64,000 bases of DNA from the NCBI GenBank assembly GCA_002269645.1, contig NIVC01000639.1, forward strand, positions 71,659-135,658. Direction: 5' to 3'. A program made the translations under genes and the position numbers. This DNA comes from Macrostomum lignano (Eukaryota). The stretch's first letter is position 1. Every line of letters starts with the position of its first letter. Positions 50,000 through 61,403 of this stretch are shown here, piece after piece. Under the pieces are notes generated by a model that worked only from the letters and a program-made list of their open reading frames with translations, did no database searches and was not told the origin of the DNA.

Positions 50000-52055
50000 C
50001 AGTAGGAATACCAAGCCATTTTTCCGCCCGTTGAACTACCAAGAGGAGGGGAAAAATTCCCCCCCCCCCTGACAATTTTTTTTGCTGCGCCGGAATGGAG
50101 CAACGCAGACACACGAAATTCAAGAACATGTGCTAACTTTTTGTTGCGCACCTTCTCAAACAAGAATCAAGTCGCCAGCCCTCCGGACCGTCGAGATATT
50201 CGACGATTCTGCCAGAAGGTCGGATTTTTCCCATAAGCGCTAGTGTATTCAGTACACCCCTGTGCGCCAATCAGCACTGCGTCTCAGTGCAGCCTTGCCA
50301 AGCCTCCAAATTTCATCAGCACGTCGACCACATGTGTCTGCATCAGCTCTGACTTCGTTGGTCACTAGCCTTCACCCAGGCGGAGCTTCTGGACCTTCAA
50401 CAGGTGGCACCAAGTAACTATGGACACTCTGATACGAATTTCTAGAGTTTCGCTGATCAAGCCTCGACAGTGGGCATACCTCAACTGCTAGGTATCCTCA
50501 GCTAGTCTCTCGAGCCTTCCATCATCACCCCGACGCCGTCGGCACCTTCAACGGATTACACCAGGTGACTATGAACACCCTGATGCAAATTTCTATGGAC
50601 AGCCTGATAATAATTTCTCTAATTTCGCTGATCAAGCCTCGATAGTGGGCAAAAATCAACTGCTGGACATCCTCAGCTAGTCAGTCAAGCATTCCGTCAT
50701 CACCCCGACGCCGTCGGCACCTTCAACAGGTGGCACCAGGGGAGTAATGACACGTGAGCGTGATTTTTCATCATGCTCTTAACATTTCTGAATCATTAAA
50801 AAATGAAAAAACCGACTGAATTTACTGGCTTTTTAAAAGCATAACCCTTGCTGCATTGGGTTCAATATTATAGCTGAATAAACTAAACAGCTTTTCGAAT
50901 AAAATATGTATGTAGCTCGTATGCATAAAAGTATGTGTAATAATAATATAAATATACAGCAACATAAGTTCAAGCATAACTATAGCAATTTCCGTGCTTG
51001 AAAAATTTTGAGAGCTTCAGAAATGTTAAGAGCATGATTAAAAATCACGCTCAGGTGTCATTACTCCCTGGTGCCACCGGTTGAAGGTGCCGACGGCGTC
51101 GGGGTGCTGGCTGAATGCTTGACTGACTAGCTGAGGATGTCCAGCAGTTGAGGTTTGCCCAATATTGAAGCTTGATCAGAAAAACCTGACATATTTGCAA
51201 TAGGATGTTCATAGTCACCTGTTGTAATCTGTTGAAGGAGCCGACGGCGTCGGGATGATGACGGAATGCTTGAGAGACTAGCTGAGGGTGTCCGGCAGTT
51301 GAGGCTTGCTCACTGTCGAGGCTTGATCAGCGAAACTAGAGAAATTTGCATCAGGGTGTTCATAGTCGCCTGGTGTCATCTGTTGAAGGTGCCGACGGCG
51401 TCGGGGTGATGACTGAATGCTTGAGAGACTAGCTGAAGATGTTCCGCGGTTGAGGCTTGCCCATTGGCAAGGCTTGATCAGCGAAACTAGAGAAATTTGC
51501 ATCAGGGTGTTCATAGTCACCTGGTGTAATCCGTTGAAGGTGCCGACGGCGTCGGGGTGATGATGGAAGGCTCGAGAGACTAGCTGAGGATACCTAGCAG
51601 TTGAGGTATGCCCACTGTCGAGGCTTGATCAGCGAAACTCGAGAAATTCGTATCAGAGTGTCCATAGTCACTTGGTGCCACCTGTTGAAGGTCCAGAAGC
51701 TCCGCCTGGGTGAAGGCTAGTGACCAACGAAGTCAGAGCTGATGCAGACACATGTGGTCGACGTGCTGATGAAATTTGGAGGCATTGCAAGGCTGCGCTG
51801 AGGCGCAGTGCTGATTGGCGCACAGGGGTGTACTGAATACACTAGCGCTTATGGGAAAAATTCGACCTTCTGGCAGAATCGTCGAATATCTCGACGGTCC
51901 GGAGGGCTGGCGACTTGATTCTTGTTTGAGAAGGTGCGCAACAAAAAGTTAGCCCGTGTTCTTGAATTTTGTGTGTCTGCGTTGCTCTGTTCCGGCGCAG
52001 CAAAAAAATTGTCAGGGGGGGGGAATTTCCCCCCCCCCTCTTGGTAGTTCTACTG
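50000..52055. mobile_element. Foldback-type non-autonomous DNA element (2056 bp) with about 0.8/1.0-kb inverted arms and internal 150-bp repeats
   Basis: Termini CAGTAG...CTACTG flanked by TTAA (49996-49999, 52056-52059). The left arm (50000 to about 50793) is the reverse complement of the right arm (about 51017-52055). Subrepeats carry CCGACGGCGTCGG. Confidence 0.88.
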
Positions 52056-52384
52056 TTAATGTGGTCCTAAAGCCAAATAAACAAGCAAAGCAAGATACGA
52101 GCTTCGTTATTCATCAAGCAGTAGAGTTGCCATCTGAGCATCATATATATGTTGCCAATAGAAATGGCTAGGTGATTCCTAGGGTTGCACATGTATAGTT
52201 ATAATATAGATTAAGTGAAACTTTATTATACCATCTATAGTATTATAGACCAATTCTTAAAAGACAGTTATTGCAAAATATACTAATACTAAAGCTATTG
52301 TTAAAGTTTATCTTTTTTTTATTAAATGTTTAGTTAAATACTTTATTTGCTCAATGAAAATAAGTATGGCATAAGTAGATTGCA

Positions 52385-52590
52385 TATGAAAAAATAGTCT
52401 AATGGTTAAAATGTTAAAAGTATGACCAAAAGGTCAAGGGTTCAATTTTTAACCTGCTTAGTATAACTTATGTCCTTAAGCAAGACACCTAAGTCTACAT
52501 TGCTTTAGTCCACCTAGCTATAAAATGGGTATTAGCATTAGCTAGGGAAATTTTGGGTATGTGTGGCAAACCTTTGTCCTTAGATTACAC
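52385..52590 (+). mobile_element. Old tRNA-derived SINE with a Deu/Nin-like central domain
   Basis: A-box-like TAGTCTAATGGTTAA, decayed B-box GGTTCAATT, then TGTCCTTAAGCAAGACACCTAAG..TTGCTTTAGTCCACCTAGCTATAAAATGGGTA, resembling the recalled core consensus. Confidence 0.45.
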
Positions 52591-53147
52591 TACACTCAAA
52601 TCTATTACATGGTATACCTGAAAAAAGTGACTCCCTACACCATATTTTCAAGTTTATTCTAGGAAAACAAATTTACTTGTGATATATGCCAGACATTATC
52701 AGAAAAGCATTGGAACAATGAAGACCTCTTTTTTTGTGACAATAAAAGTCTTTATTGTATGGCAACAGGGCCAATAATAAAAGACCCTTTCTTGTACTAC
52801 AAAATTTCAGTCTTCTGTATGCCAACAGCTACGTCATACACTGAGTCTGTGGCGCAATTTTCTGGTAGATCATTCTGTATGACAAATAATAGGTATATTT
52901 AAAAAGATCATTAGAGCCATTGTTTTTTGGGTGAGTGAAGCAGTAGAAGTGAATGATAGTTGCTAATTTTAAAGTTTTTGTAAAAGAAACTCTTGAGGGT
53001 TATGCACTCAAGCAATTGAGAGTTTTGATGCAATGTGCATGTAGTGTAGCTGGGATGGTAGTGATTTAAGTTCAGATTAATGTTTCTACTAGAAAAATGA
53101 AAAGGGGAACAAGCACATTGTGCCAAATTACAGAGCCACCCCCTGAG

Positions 53148-53759
53148 GTCTTTGCCTTCTAGAATCTTTCCCCTTTAACAATTTGTTGGCACACAATTTG
53201 CCTTTACTATTTAGCTTCAGAATTTTCGTTTATTAAAGTTAATATTATGTCACCTTAATGGTTACTAAAGCAGACCATATTTTATATTCCATATTTTGCA
53301 TAATAGCTTGCACAGGTGGCATCTGAACTGAAATAGAAGCTTTTTATATAAAAAGCAAATCGGAATTTTTTACTAAAGTCTAGGAAAGTGCAATGATGAT
53401 GACTCAGCAGTTGTGCAATTTAAATCCCTTTCAGCTTCCCTGTCTTCCCTGTCTTTGCCTTCTAGAATCTTTCCCCCTTTAACAAATTTGTTTAACAATT
53501 TGTTGGCACACAATTTGCCTTTACTATTTAGCTTCAGAATTTTCGTTTATTAAAGTTAATATTATGTCACCTTAATGGTTACTAAAGCAGACCATATTTT
53601 ATATTCCATATTTTGCATAATAGCTTGCACAGGTGGCATCTGAACTGAAATAGAAGCTTTTTATATAAAAAGCAAATCGGAATTTTTTACTAAAGTCTAG
53701 GAAAGTGCAATGATGATGACTCAGCAGTTGTGCAATTTAAATCCCTTTATGCTTCCCTG
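53148..53759. repeat. About 303-bp tandem duplication immediately upstream of and overlapping the EDEM1 start
   Basis: GTCTTTGCCTTCTAGAATC... starts at 53148 and again at 53451; the copies are near-identical. Confidence 0.92.
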
Positions 53760-56700
53760 GCGCCAGTGGGCGCCTGCGGCAGCATCAATGCTGCGCCTGG
53801 CAGCGCCGCCTTCAGGCCATGCATTTTTCTTCCGGCTTCAATTGCTGCTCCTTCTGCTTCTGCTAGCCGTCTGGGCCAGTTTTCCCCGGCCGTCTGGCAG
53901 CGTCTACGAGCAACTGCTGCGGGACAGCCTCGGCCGGACGGTCTATCCGGACAGTGGCGGCCGCTACCGGGCCTGGATGCCCGCCTCCGAGCGGCTGCGC
54001 TACCGCCGCCTCGTCCGGGACATGTTCGCCTTCGGCTACGACGGCTACATGCGCCACGCCTTCCCGGCCGACGAGCTGAACCCCATCCTGTGCCGCGGCC
54101 GGGGCCCCGACCGCGCCAACCCGGACAACATCAACATCAACGACGTGCTTGGCGACTACTCGCTGGGCCTGGTAGACAGCCTCACCACCTTGGCTGTGGT
54201 TGGCAATGTCAGCGAGTTCAGGCGGGCAGTCAGCCTGCTAGCTGACAGACTGAGCTTTGATACTAACAGTACTGTGCAGACATTCGAGGCTGGGATTCGA
54301 GTGCTCGGCGGACTGCTCAGCGCCCACCTGCTGGCCACGGACAGGTGAAGTTTGTTTTTTTAAAATGGGTCTTTCAACCATTGACAAATTTTAGTGACCC
54401 AAATATCACTGACCCAGCTGACCCAAATATCACTGACCCAAAAAGCTTACTGACCCAGCTGACCCAAAGCCCATTGACCCAAGCTTACTGATGACCCAAG
54501 CTTACTGACCCAGCTGACCTAAGCTTACTGACCCAGTTGACCCAAGCTTACTGACCCAGCTGACCCAAGCTTACTGACTTGGCTGACCCAATCGACCCAA
54601 GCATACTGACCCAGATGACTTAAGCTTACTGACCCAGATGACTCAAGCTTACTGACCCAGATGACTTAAGCTTACTGACCCAGATGACTCAAGCTTACTG
54701 ACCCAGCTGACTCAAGCTTACTGACCCAGCTGACCAAGCTTACTGACCCAGTTGACTCAAGCTTACTGACCCAGTTGACCCAAGCATACTGACCCAGATG
54801 ACTCAAGCTTACTGACCCAGCTGACTCAAGCTTACTGACCCAGCTGACCAAGCTTACTGACCCAGTTGACTCAAGCTTACTGACCCAGTTGACCCAAGCA
54901 TACTGACCCCGTTGACCCAACCTTACTAACCTGGCTGACCTCAGATCCCATCCCGATGCACTGCAGCCGGCTGCCGGAGCTCCGCATCCCAGGCTACGGC
55001 GATCAGCTTCTGCTGCTCGCCCGCGACCTCGCCAACCGCCTGCTGGTCGCCTTCGACCGCTCGCCCACCGGCATCCCGCATCCCAGGGTGCACCTGCAGC
55101 GCGGAGTCCCGAGGGCGGCCGGCTGGACACGAACCTGGCCGGCGCCGGCTCCCTGCTGCTGGAGTTCGCCACCGTCGGCCGGCTGGTCGGCGACCCCACC
55201 TTCGAGGGCGCGGCCAGGCGCGCCGTCTCCGCTCTGTGGGACCTCCGGTCTCGCGTCACCGGCCTGCTGGGCAGCTCGTTGAACCTCACCGATGGCCGTT
55301 GGCTGCACGAAGGCCTCTCGGGCCTCGGCGCCGGGTCGGACAGCTTCTACGAGATCCTGTTGAAGTCGGCCGTCTATCTGGACGACCCGCAGCTTGGCGC
55401 CCTGTTCTCCCAGTCCATGGACAGCGTGGCCTGGCACCAGCGGGCTGGCCGGACTGACTGCCTGAACGGCCTCGGCCAGCACCCGATCTGGCTCAATACG
55501 GAGGTGCGCACCGGGCACCTGGCAAACAGCTGGTGCGATGCGCTGCAGGTGCGCTGGGCGGCTTTTAAGCTATATTTCATTAGTTTGTTCCCATCTAAAC
55601 ACCCCCAATCTCCATATAAAATCACCCTCCAATTCCCCATCTAGAATCGCCAAAGGCCCCATCTAGAATTAATCCAATCCCCATCAAGAATCACCCCAAT
55701 CCCCATCAAGAATTACTCCAATCCCCATCAAGAATCACCCCAATCCCCATCAAGAATTACTCCAATCCCCATCAAGAATTACTCCAATCCCCATCAAGAA
55801 TAGCTCCAATCCCCATCAAGAATTACTCCAAACCCCATCAAGAATTACTCCAATCCCCATCAAGAATCGCCCCAAACCCCATCAAGAATTACTCCAATCC
55901 CCATCAAGAATCGCCCCAATCCCCATCAAGAATCGCCCCAATCCCCATCAAGAATAGCTCCAATCCCCATCAAGAATCGCCCCAATTTCCAATAAGAATT
56001 GCCCCAATCCCCATCAAGAATAGCTCCAATCCCCATTAAGAATCTCCCCAATCCTCATCAAGAATAGCTCCAATCCCCATCAAGAATAGCTCCAATCCCC
56101 ATCAAGAATAGCTCCAATCCCCATCAAGAATCGCCCCAATCCCCGTCTAGAATCGCCCCACCGCCCGCAGGCCAGCTGGGGGGCGGTTCTGCTGCTGGCG
56201 GGCCGCCTGGACGAGGCCATCTGTCTGCACGCGTACTTCGCCAACCTGATGCACCGCTACAAGCTGCTGCCGGAGCGGTTCAACTGGCGCCACCGGCAGC
56301 CGGAGGTTCTGTTCAGCCCTCTGCGGCCGGAGCTGGCCGAGACCAACTACTTCCTGTACCGAGCCACCGGCAATCATTTCTTCCTGCACGTGGGCGCCGC
56401 CATGGTGGACAATCTCAATAAGTTAGTGGCGGCTCGTTCATTCAGTGTTCGTAAAATCTGAGAGAGCAGTGACTAGACGTGTGAGTGAGCAGTGAATAGG
56501 TGCGTGAGAAAACAGTGAATAGGTGAGTAAGCAGTTAATAGGTGCGTGAGAAAACAGTGAATAAGGTGAGTGAGTGAAAAGTGAATAGGTGAGTGATTGA
56601 GAAGTGAATAGGTGAGTGATTGAGAAGTGAATAGGTGAGTGAGTGAGCAGTGAATAAGCGAGTGATTGAGAAGTGAATAGGTGAGTGATTGAGAAGTGAA

Positions 56701-57320
56701 TAGGTGAGTGATTGAGAAGTGAATAGGTGAGTGATTGAGAAGTGAATAGGTGAGTGATTGAGAAGTGAATAGGTGAGTGATTGAGAAGTGAATAGGTGAG
56801 TGATTGAGAAGTGAATAGGTGAGTGAGTGTGAAGTGAATAGGTGAGTGAGTGAGCAGTGAATAGGTGAGTGAGTGTGAAGTGAATATGAGTTGGTGTCAA
56901 TCGCTAACGCTACTAACAGTAGTTTACAATACCCGCCGCATCTGCAGATACGCCAAATCCACCTGCGGCTACGCCACCCTGCACAATGTGCACAACCTCA
57001 CCGACCTGGAGGACAGGCAGGAGTCCTTCTTCTTAGCCGAGACCGTCAAGTATCTGTACCTGCTGTTTGACGAGACCAACTGGGCCAACCGCATGGAGAC
57101 CGACCTCATCTTTACCACCGAGGGCCACCCGCTGTCCATCGCCAGGTTTCGCAGTCTGGCGAGGCCGGCCGGCTTTGACTTCAACGTAACGCCTCCGGCT
57201 GCTGGCTGGTCTGGTGGCGCGTGCCACAATTTCAACTTGGACAGGCGGCTCAGACATCTGCTGCCGCTGAGCACTGCTCAGTGGGTTGAACTGGACAGGG
57301 CAACTGGGTTATCGGACTGA
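53749..57320 (+). CDS. EDEM1: ER degradation-enhancing alpha-mannosidase-like protein 1 (GH47); exons 53749(or 53788)-54344, 54967-55548, 56171-56421, 56948-57320; one 1-nt frameshift near 55110
   Basis: [114 protein letters not shown]; hydrophobic N-terminal anchor. About 600 aa if the frameshift is repaired. Confidence 0.93.
54395..54940. repeat. Intronic minisatellite (ACTGACCCAGCTGACCCAAGCTT-type), EDEM1 intron 1
   Basis: Read directly. Confidence 0.93.
55640..56160. repeat. 22-bp intronic minisatellite CCCCATCAAGAATTACTCCAAT, EDEM1 intron 2
   Basis: Read directly. Confidence 0.93.
56480..56885. repeat. 23-bp intronic minisatellite GTGAATAGGTGAGTGATTGAGAA, EDEM1 intron 3
   Basis: Read directly; most units contain AG|GTGAGT. 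Confidence 0.93.
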
Positions 57321-57344
57321 GTCGCTGCCTTGGATCGCTGAGTG

Positions 57345-58345
57345 ACGAGGCCACCTGACCGAGTGACTAGGCTACCTGACGAGTGACTGGGCTACCTGAC
57401 CGAGTGACTAGGCTACCTGACCGAGTGACTGGGCTGCCTGACAGAGTGACTGGGCTACCTGACCGAGTGACTGGGCTAACTGACAGAGTGACTAGGCTAC
57501 CTGACAGAGTGACTAGGCTACCTGACCAAGTGACTAGGCTACCTGACAGAGTGACTGGGCTACCTGACAGAGTGACTAGGCTACCTGACAGAGTGACTGG
57601 GATATCTGACAGAGTGACTAGGCTACCTGACAGAGTGACTGGGATACCTGACGAGTGACTAGGCTACCTGACCGAGTGACTAGGCTACCTGGCAGAGTGA
57701 CTAGGCTACCTGACAGAGTGACTGGGATATCTGACAGAGTGACTAGGCTACCTGACAGAGTGACTAGGCTACCTGACAGAGTGACTGGGATATCTGACAG
57801 AGTGACTAGGCTACCTGACAGAGTGACTGGGATATCTGACAGAGAGACTAGGCTATCTGACAGAGTGACTGGGATACCTGACAGAGTGACTAGGCTACCT
57901 GACAGAGTGACTAGGCTACCTGACAGAGTGACTAGGCTACCTGACAGAGTGACTGGGCTATCTGACAGAGTGACTGGGATACCTGACAGAGTGACTAGGC
58001 TACCTGACAGAGTGACTAGGCTACCTGACAGAGTGACTAGGCTACCTGACAGAGTGACTGGGCTATCTGACAGAGTGACTAGGCTACCTGACAGTGACTA
58101 GGCTACCTGACAGTGACTAGGCTACCTGACAGTGACTGGGCTACCTGACAGAGTGACTGGGATATCTGACAGAGTGACTAGGCTACCTGACAGAGTGACT
58201 GGGCTACCTGACAGAGTGACTGGGCTACCTGACAGAGTGCCTAGGCTACCTGACAGTGACTAGGCTATCTGACAGAGTGACTAGGCTACCTGACAGAGTG
58301 ACTGGGCTACCTGACAGAGTGACTGGGCTACCTGACAGAGTGACA
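57345..58345. repeat. 21-bp minisatellite GACAGAGTGACTAGGCTACCT downstream of the EDEM1 stop
   Basis: About 47 copies. Confidence 0.96.
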
Positions 58346-58904
58346 ATTTATTATTTAACAGACAAAGTGGCAGGTGCCTGATCGCCCAGCAACTGAGACG
58401 TGCCTGTTTACTTACAAAGCAAAATACGCTTGCCACTCATTGTGCGCTCCTCCCCGCTATATCGTGTGCCAAATCAGCCAATATCTGATCACTGCTGTGC
58501 TTACTCGCGCCTAAATAAGCTCTAATGCTCAAGTGTGATCGATTTTGCGCTGCAGATTCTGTCCGCCTGTCCATCCACCTGATCTCCCTGCCTTGGTGTT
58601 TCTTTTCCGTGTTGGATTTTGTTCCTAAAACTGTTCCACGTGCCAAGCAAGTTTGCCAGCCGGCCAAGTATTCTCCATGCTGACCGCTGAGTCTTCCCGG
58701 CCCCGGTCAGCATCTGCTGATACAATGACTGTTCAATCTGATGCTAGCCAACTATTTGATTTCAATCTATTCTTGTTATTATAATGCCTATGAAGAAGAG
58801 TTTGCACTATTATAGTCTATGCGAATTGCCTTGCTGAGTTGTTATTGATCATAAGACTTTGTTTGTCTTTGAGTCACCTCTCAATTTCTGCATGATTATT
58901 CGTA

Positions 58905-60040
58905 GCAGTCTCATATTGGTCATAGATTAGTCATATCAGTCTCAAATTGGTCATGGATTAGTCATAGCAGTCTCAAATTGGTCATAGATTAGTCATATCA
59001 GTCTCAAATTGGTCATGTATTAGTCATAGCAGTCTCAAATTGGTCATGGATTAGTCATAGCAGTCTCATATTGGTCATAGATTAGTCATAGCAGTCTCAT
59101 ATTGGTCATAGATTAGTCATAGCAGTCTCAAATTGGTCATAGATTAGCCATAGCAGTCTGATATTAGTCATAGATTAGCCATAGCAGTTTGATATTAGTC
59201 ATAGATTAGCCATAGCAGTCTCAAATTGGTCATAGATTAGTCATAGCAGTCTCATATTGGTCATAGATTAGTCATAGCAGTCTCAAATTGGTCATAGATT
59301 AGCCATAGCAGTCTCATATTGGTCATAGATTAGCCATAGCAGTCTCATATTAGTCATAGATTAGTCATAGCAGTCTCAAATTGGTCATAGATTAGCCATA
59401 GCAGTCTCATATTAGTCATAGATTAGTCATAGCAGTCTCAAATTGGTCATAGATTAGCCATAGCATATCATATTAGTCATAGATTAGTCATAGCAGTCTC
59501 AAATTGGTCATGGATTAGTCATAGCAGTTTCATATTGGTCAAAGAATAGTCATAGCAGTCTCATATTGGTCATAGATTAGTCATAGTCTCATATTGGTCA
59601 TAAATTAGTCATAGCAGTCTCAAATTGGTCATAAATTAGCCATAGCAGTCTCAAATTGGTCATAGATTAGCCATAGCATATCATATTAGTCATAGATTAG
59701 TCATAGCAGTCTCAAATTGGTCATGGATTAGTCATAGCAGTTTCATATTGGTCAAAGAATAGTCATAGCAGTCTCATATTGGTCATAGATTAGTCATAGT
59801 CTCATATTGGTCATAAATTAGTCATAGCAGTCTCAAATTGGTCATAAATTAGCCATAGCAGTCTCAAATTGGTCATAGATTAGTCATAGCAGTCTCAAAT
59901 TGGTCATAGATTAGTCATATCAGTCTCAAATTGGTCATAGATTAGTCATAGCAGTCTCAAATTGGTCATAGATTAGCCATAGCATATCATATTGGTCATA
60001 TAATAGTCAGCACTTAAAATTTCGGTCATAAATCAGTCAT
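58905..60040. repeat. 31-bp minisatellite GCAGTCTCAAATTGGTCATAGATTAGTCATA upstream of RPL37
   Basis: About 36 copies, ending about 45 bp before the RPL37 ATG. Confidence 0.96.
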
Positions 60041-60083
60041 GACAGCAGTAAGACCGGTCATACTCCAACCCGCAGCTCCGGCC

Positions 60084-60368
60084 ATGACCAAGGGCACAAC
60101 CTCATTTGGAAAGCGGCACAACAAGTCGCACACGCAGTGCCGCCGCTGCGGCCGCAAGTCCTACCACGTGCAGAAGAAGACCTGCTCCTCCTGCGCCTAC
60201 CCGGCCGCCAGGATCCGGCACTTCAACTGGGCCAAGAAGGCGCAGCGCAGGCGCACCACCGGCACCGGGCGGATGCGCCACCTCAAGGTTGTGCAGCGCC
60301 GGTTCAACTACGGCTTCCGCACAGGGCAGGCCAAGCCGTGCGCGCCAAAGGCTGGCGCCAGCGCCTGA
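60084..60368 (+). CDS. RPL37: 60S ribosomal protein L37 (eL37), uninterrupted CDS
   Basis: [68 protein letters not shown]; acceptor-like CCCGCAG ending at 60075, 8 nt before the ATG. Confidence 0.98.
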   Translation: MTKGTTSFGKRHNKSHTQCRRCGRKSYHVQKKTCSSCAYPAARIRHFNWAKKAQRRRTTGTGRMRHLKVVQRRFNYGFRTGQAKPCAPKAGASA

Positions 60369-60669
60369 GGCCTCGGGCGGGGGCGGGGGCGGAGTTGCCG
60401 AGGAGACTCCGGCGGTGACGAGATGGACTAGCGATGAGGGAGAATTGCTCGGTGTTTGCCAGCCTCCTTTGGTGCAGAGAAATACACTGATTGAATTTGG
60501 CCTGCTGCGCCACCTGGAGTAGCTTTGGAATATTTTTCTTGTCTTGCTATTTTTAACCTTGTAGTGTTGTGAGTGTGGCGGTTGTTATGGCTATCGGTGT
60601 TGTTAGGAGTGGTTGCCATGTGTACACTGCTGTGGATATCAGTCTGTTTATCAATGTGTTCAGGTGCCG

Positions 60670-61295
60670 GCAGTGTGGATATCAGTGTGGGCAGGCGTGG
60701 ATATCAGTGTGGGCAGGTGTGGATATCAGTGTTGGTAGGCGTGGATATCAGTGTGAGCAGGCGTGGATATCAGTGTTGGCAGGCGTGGATATCAGTGTGG
60801 GCAGGCGTGGATATCAGTGTGAGCAGGCGTGGATATCAGTGCAGGCAGGTGTGGATATCAGTGCAGGCAGGCGTGGATATCAGTGCAGGCAGGTGTGGAT
60901 ATCAGTGTGAGCAGGTGTGGATATCAGTGTGGGCAGGCGTGGATATCAGTGTGGGCAGGCGTGGATATCAGTGCAGGCAGGTGTGGATATCAGTGTGGGC
61001 AGGCGTGGATATCAGTGCAGGCAGGTGTGGATATCAGTGCAGGCAGGTGTGGATATCAGTGTGGGCAGGTGTGGATATCAGTGTGGGCAGGCGTGGATAT
61101 CAGTGCAGGCAGGTGTGGATATCAGTGTGGGCAGGTGTGGATATCAGTGTGGGCAGGTGTGGATATCAGTGCAGGCAGGTGTGGATATCAGTGTGGGCAG
61201 GCGTGGATATCAGTGCAGGCAGGTGTGGATATCAGTGTGGGCAGGTGTGGATATCAGTGCAGGCAGGTGTGCTTATCAGTGTGGACAGGTGCTAA
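60670..61295. repeat. 22-bp minisatellite GTGGATATCAGTG(TGG/CAG)GCAGG(C/T)
   Basis: About 28 copies; contains GATATC and CAG|GTGTGG. Confidence 0.96.
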
Positions 61296-61403
61296 TGCCT
61301 GTAGCTATAAATTCTAACAAACTGCAGCTCCTGATCCGCGGCCGCCACCCCATTCCAGCCAGCTACCCCCCAGATTTCCCCGCATGCCGTCTGAGCCCTG
61401 ACG

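Noticed and set aside
54945-54966. EDEM1 exon 2 acceptor at 54944 (CCTCAG)
   Set aside because: Gives the wrong frame; the AG at 54965-54966 restores [14 protein letters not shown].
57383-58101. DRVTRLP repeat ORFs
   Set aside because: 21-bp minisatellite after the EDEM1 stop; frame-breaking variants are present.
58780-58845. C/D snoRNA upstream of RPL37 (ATGAAGA...CTGA)
   Set aside because: Imperfect C box, about 50 nt long, no terminal stem or evident guide sequence.
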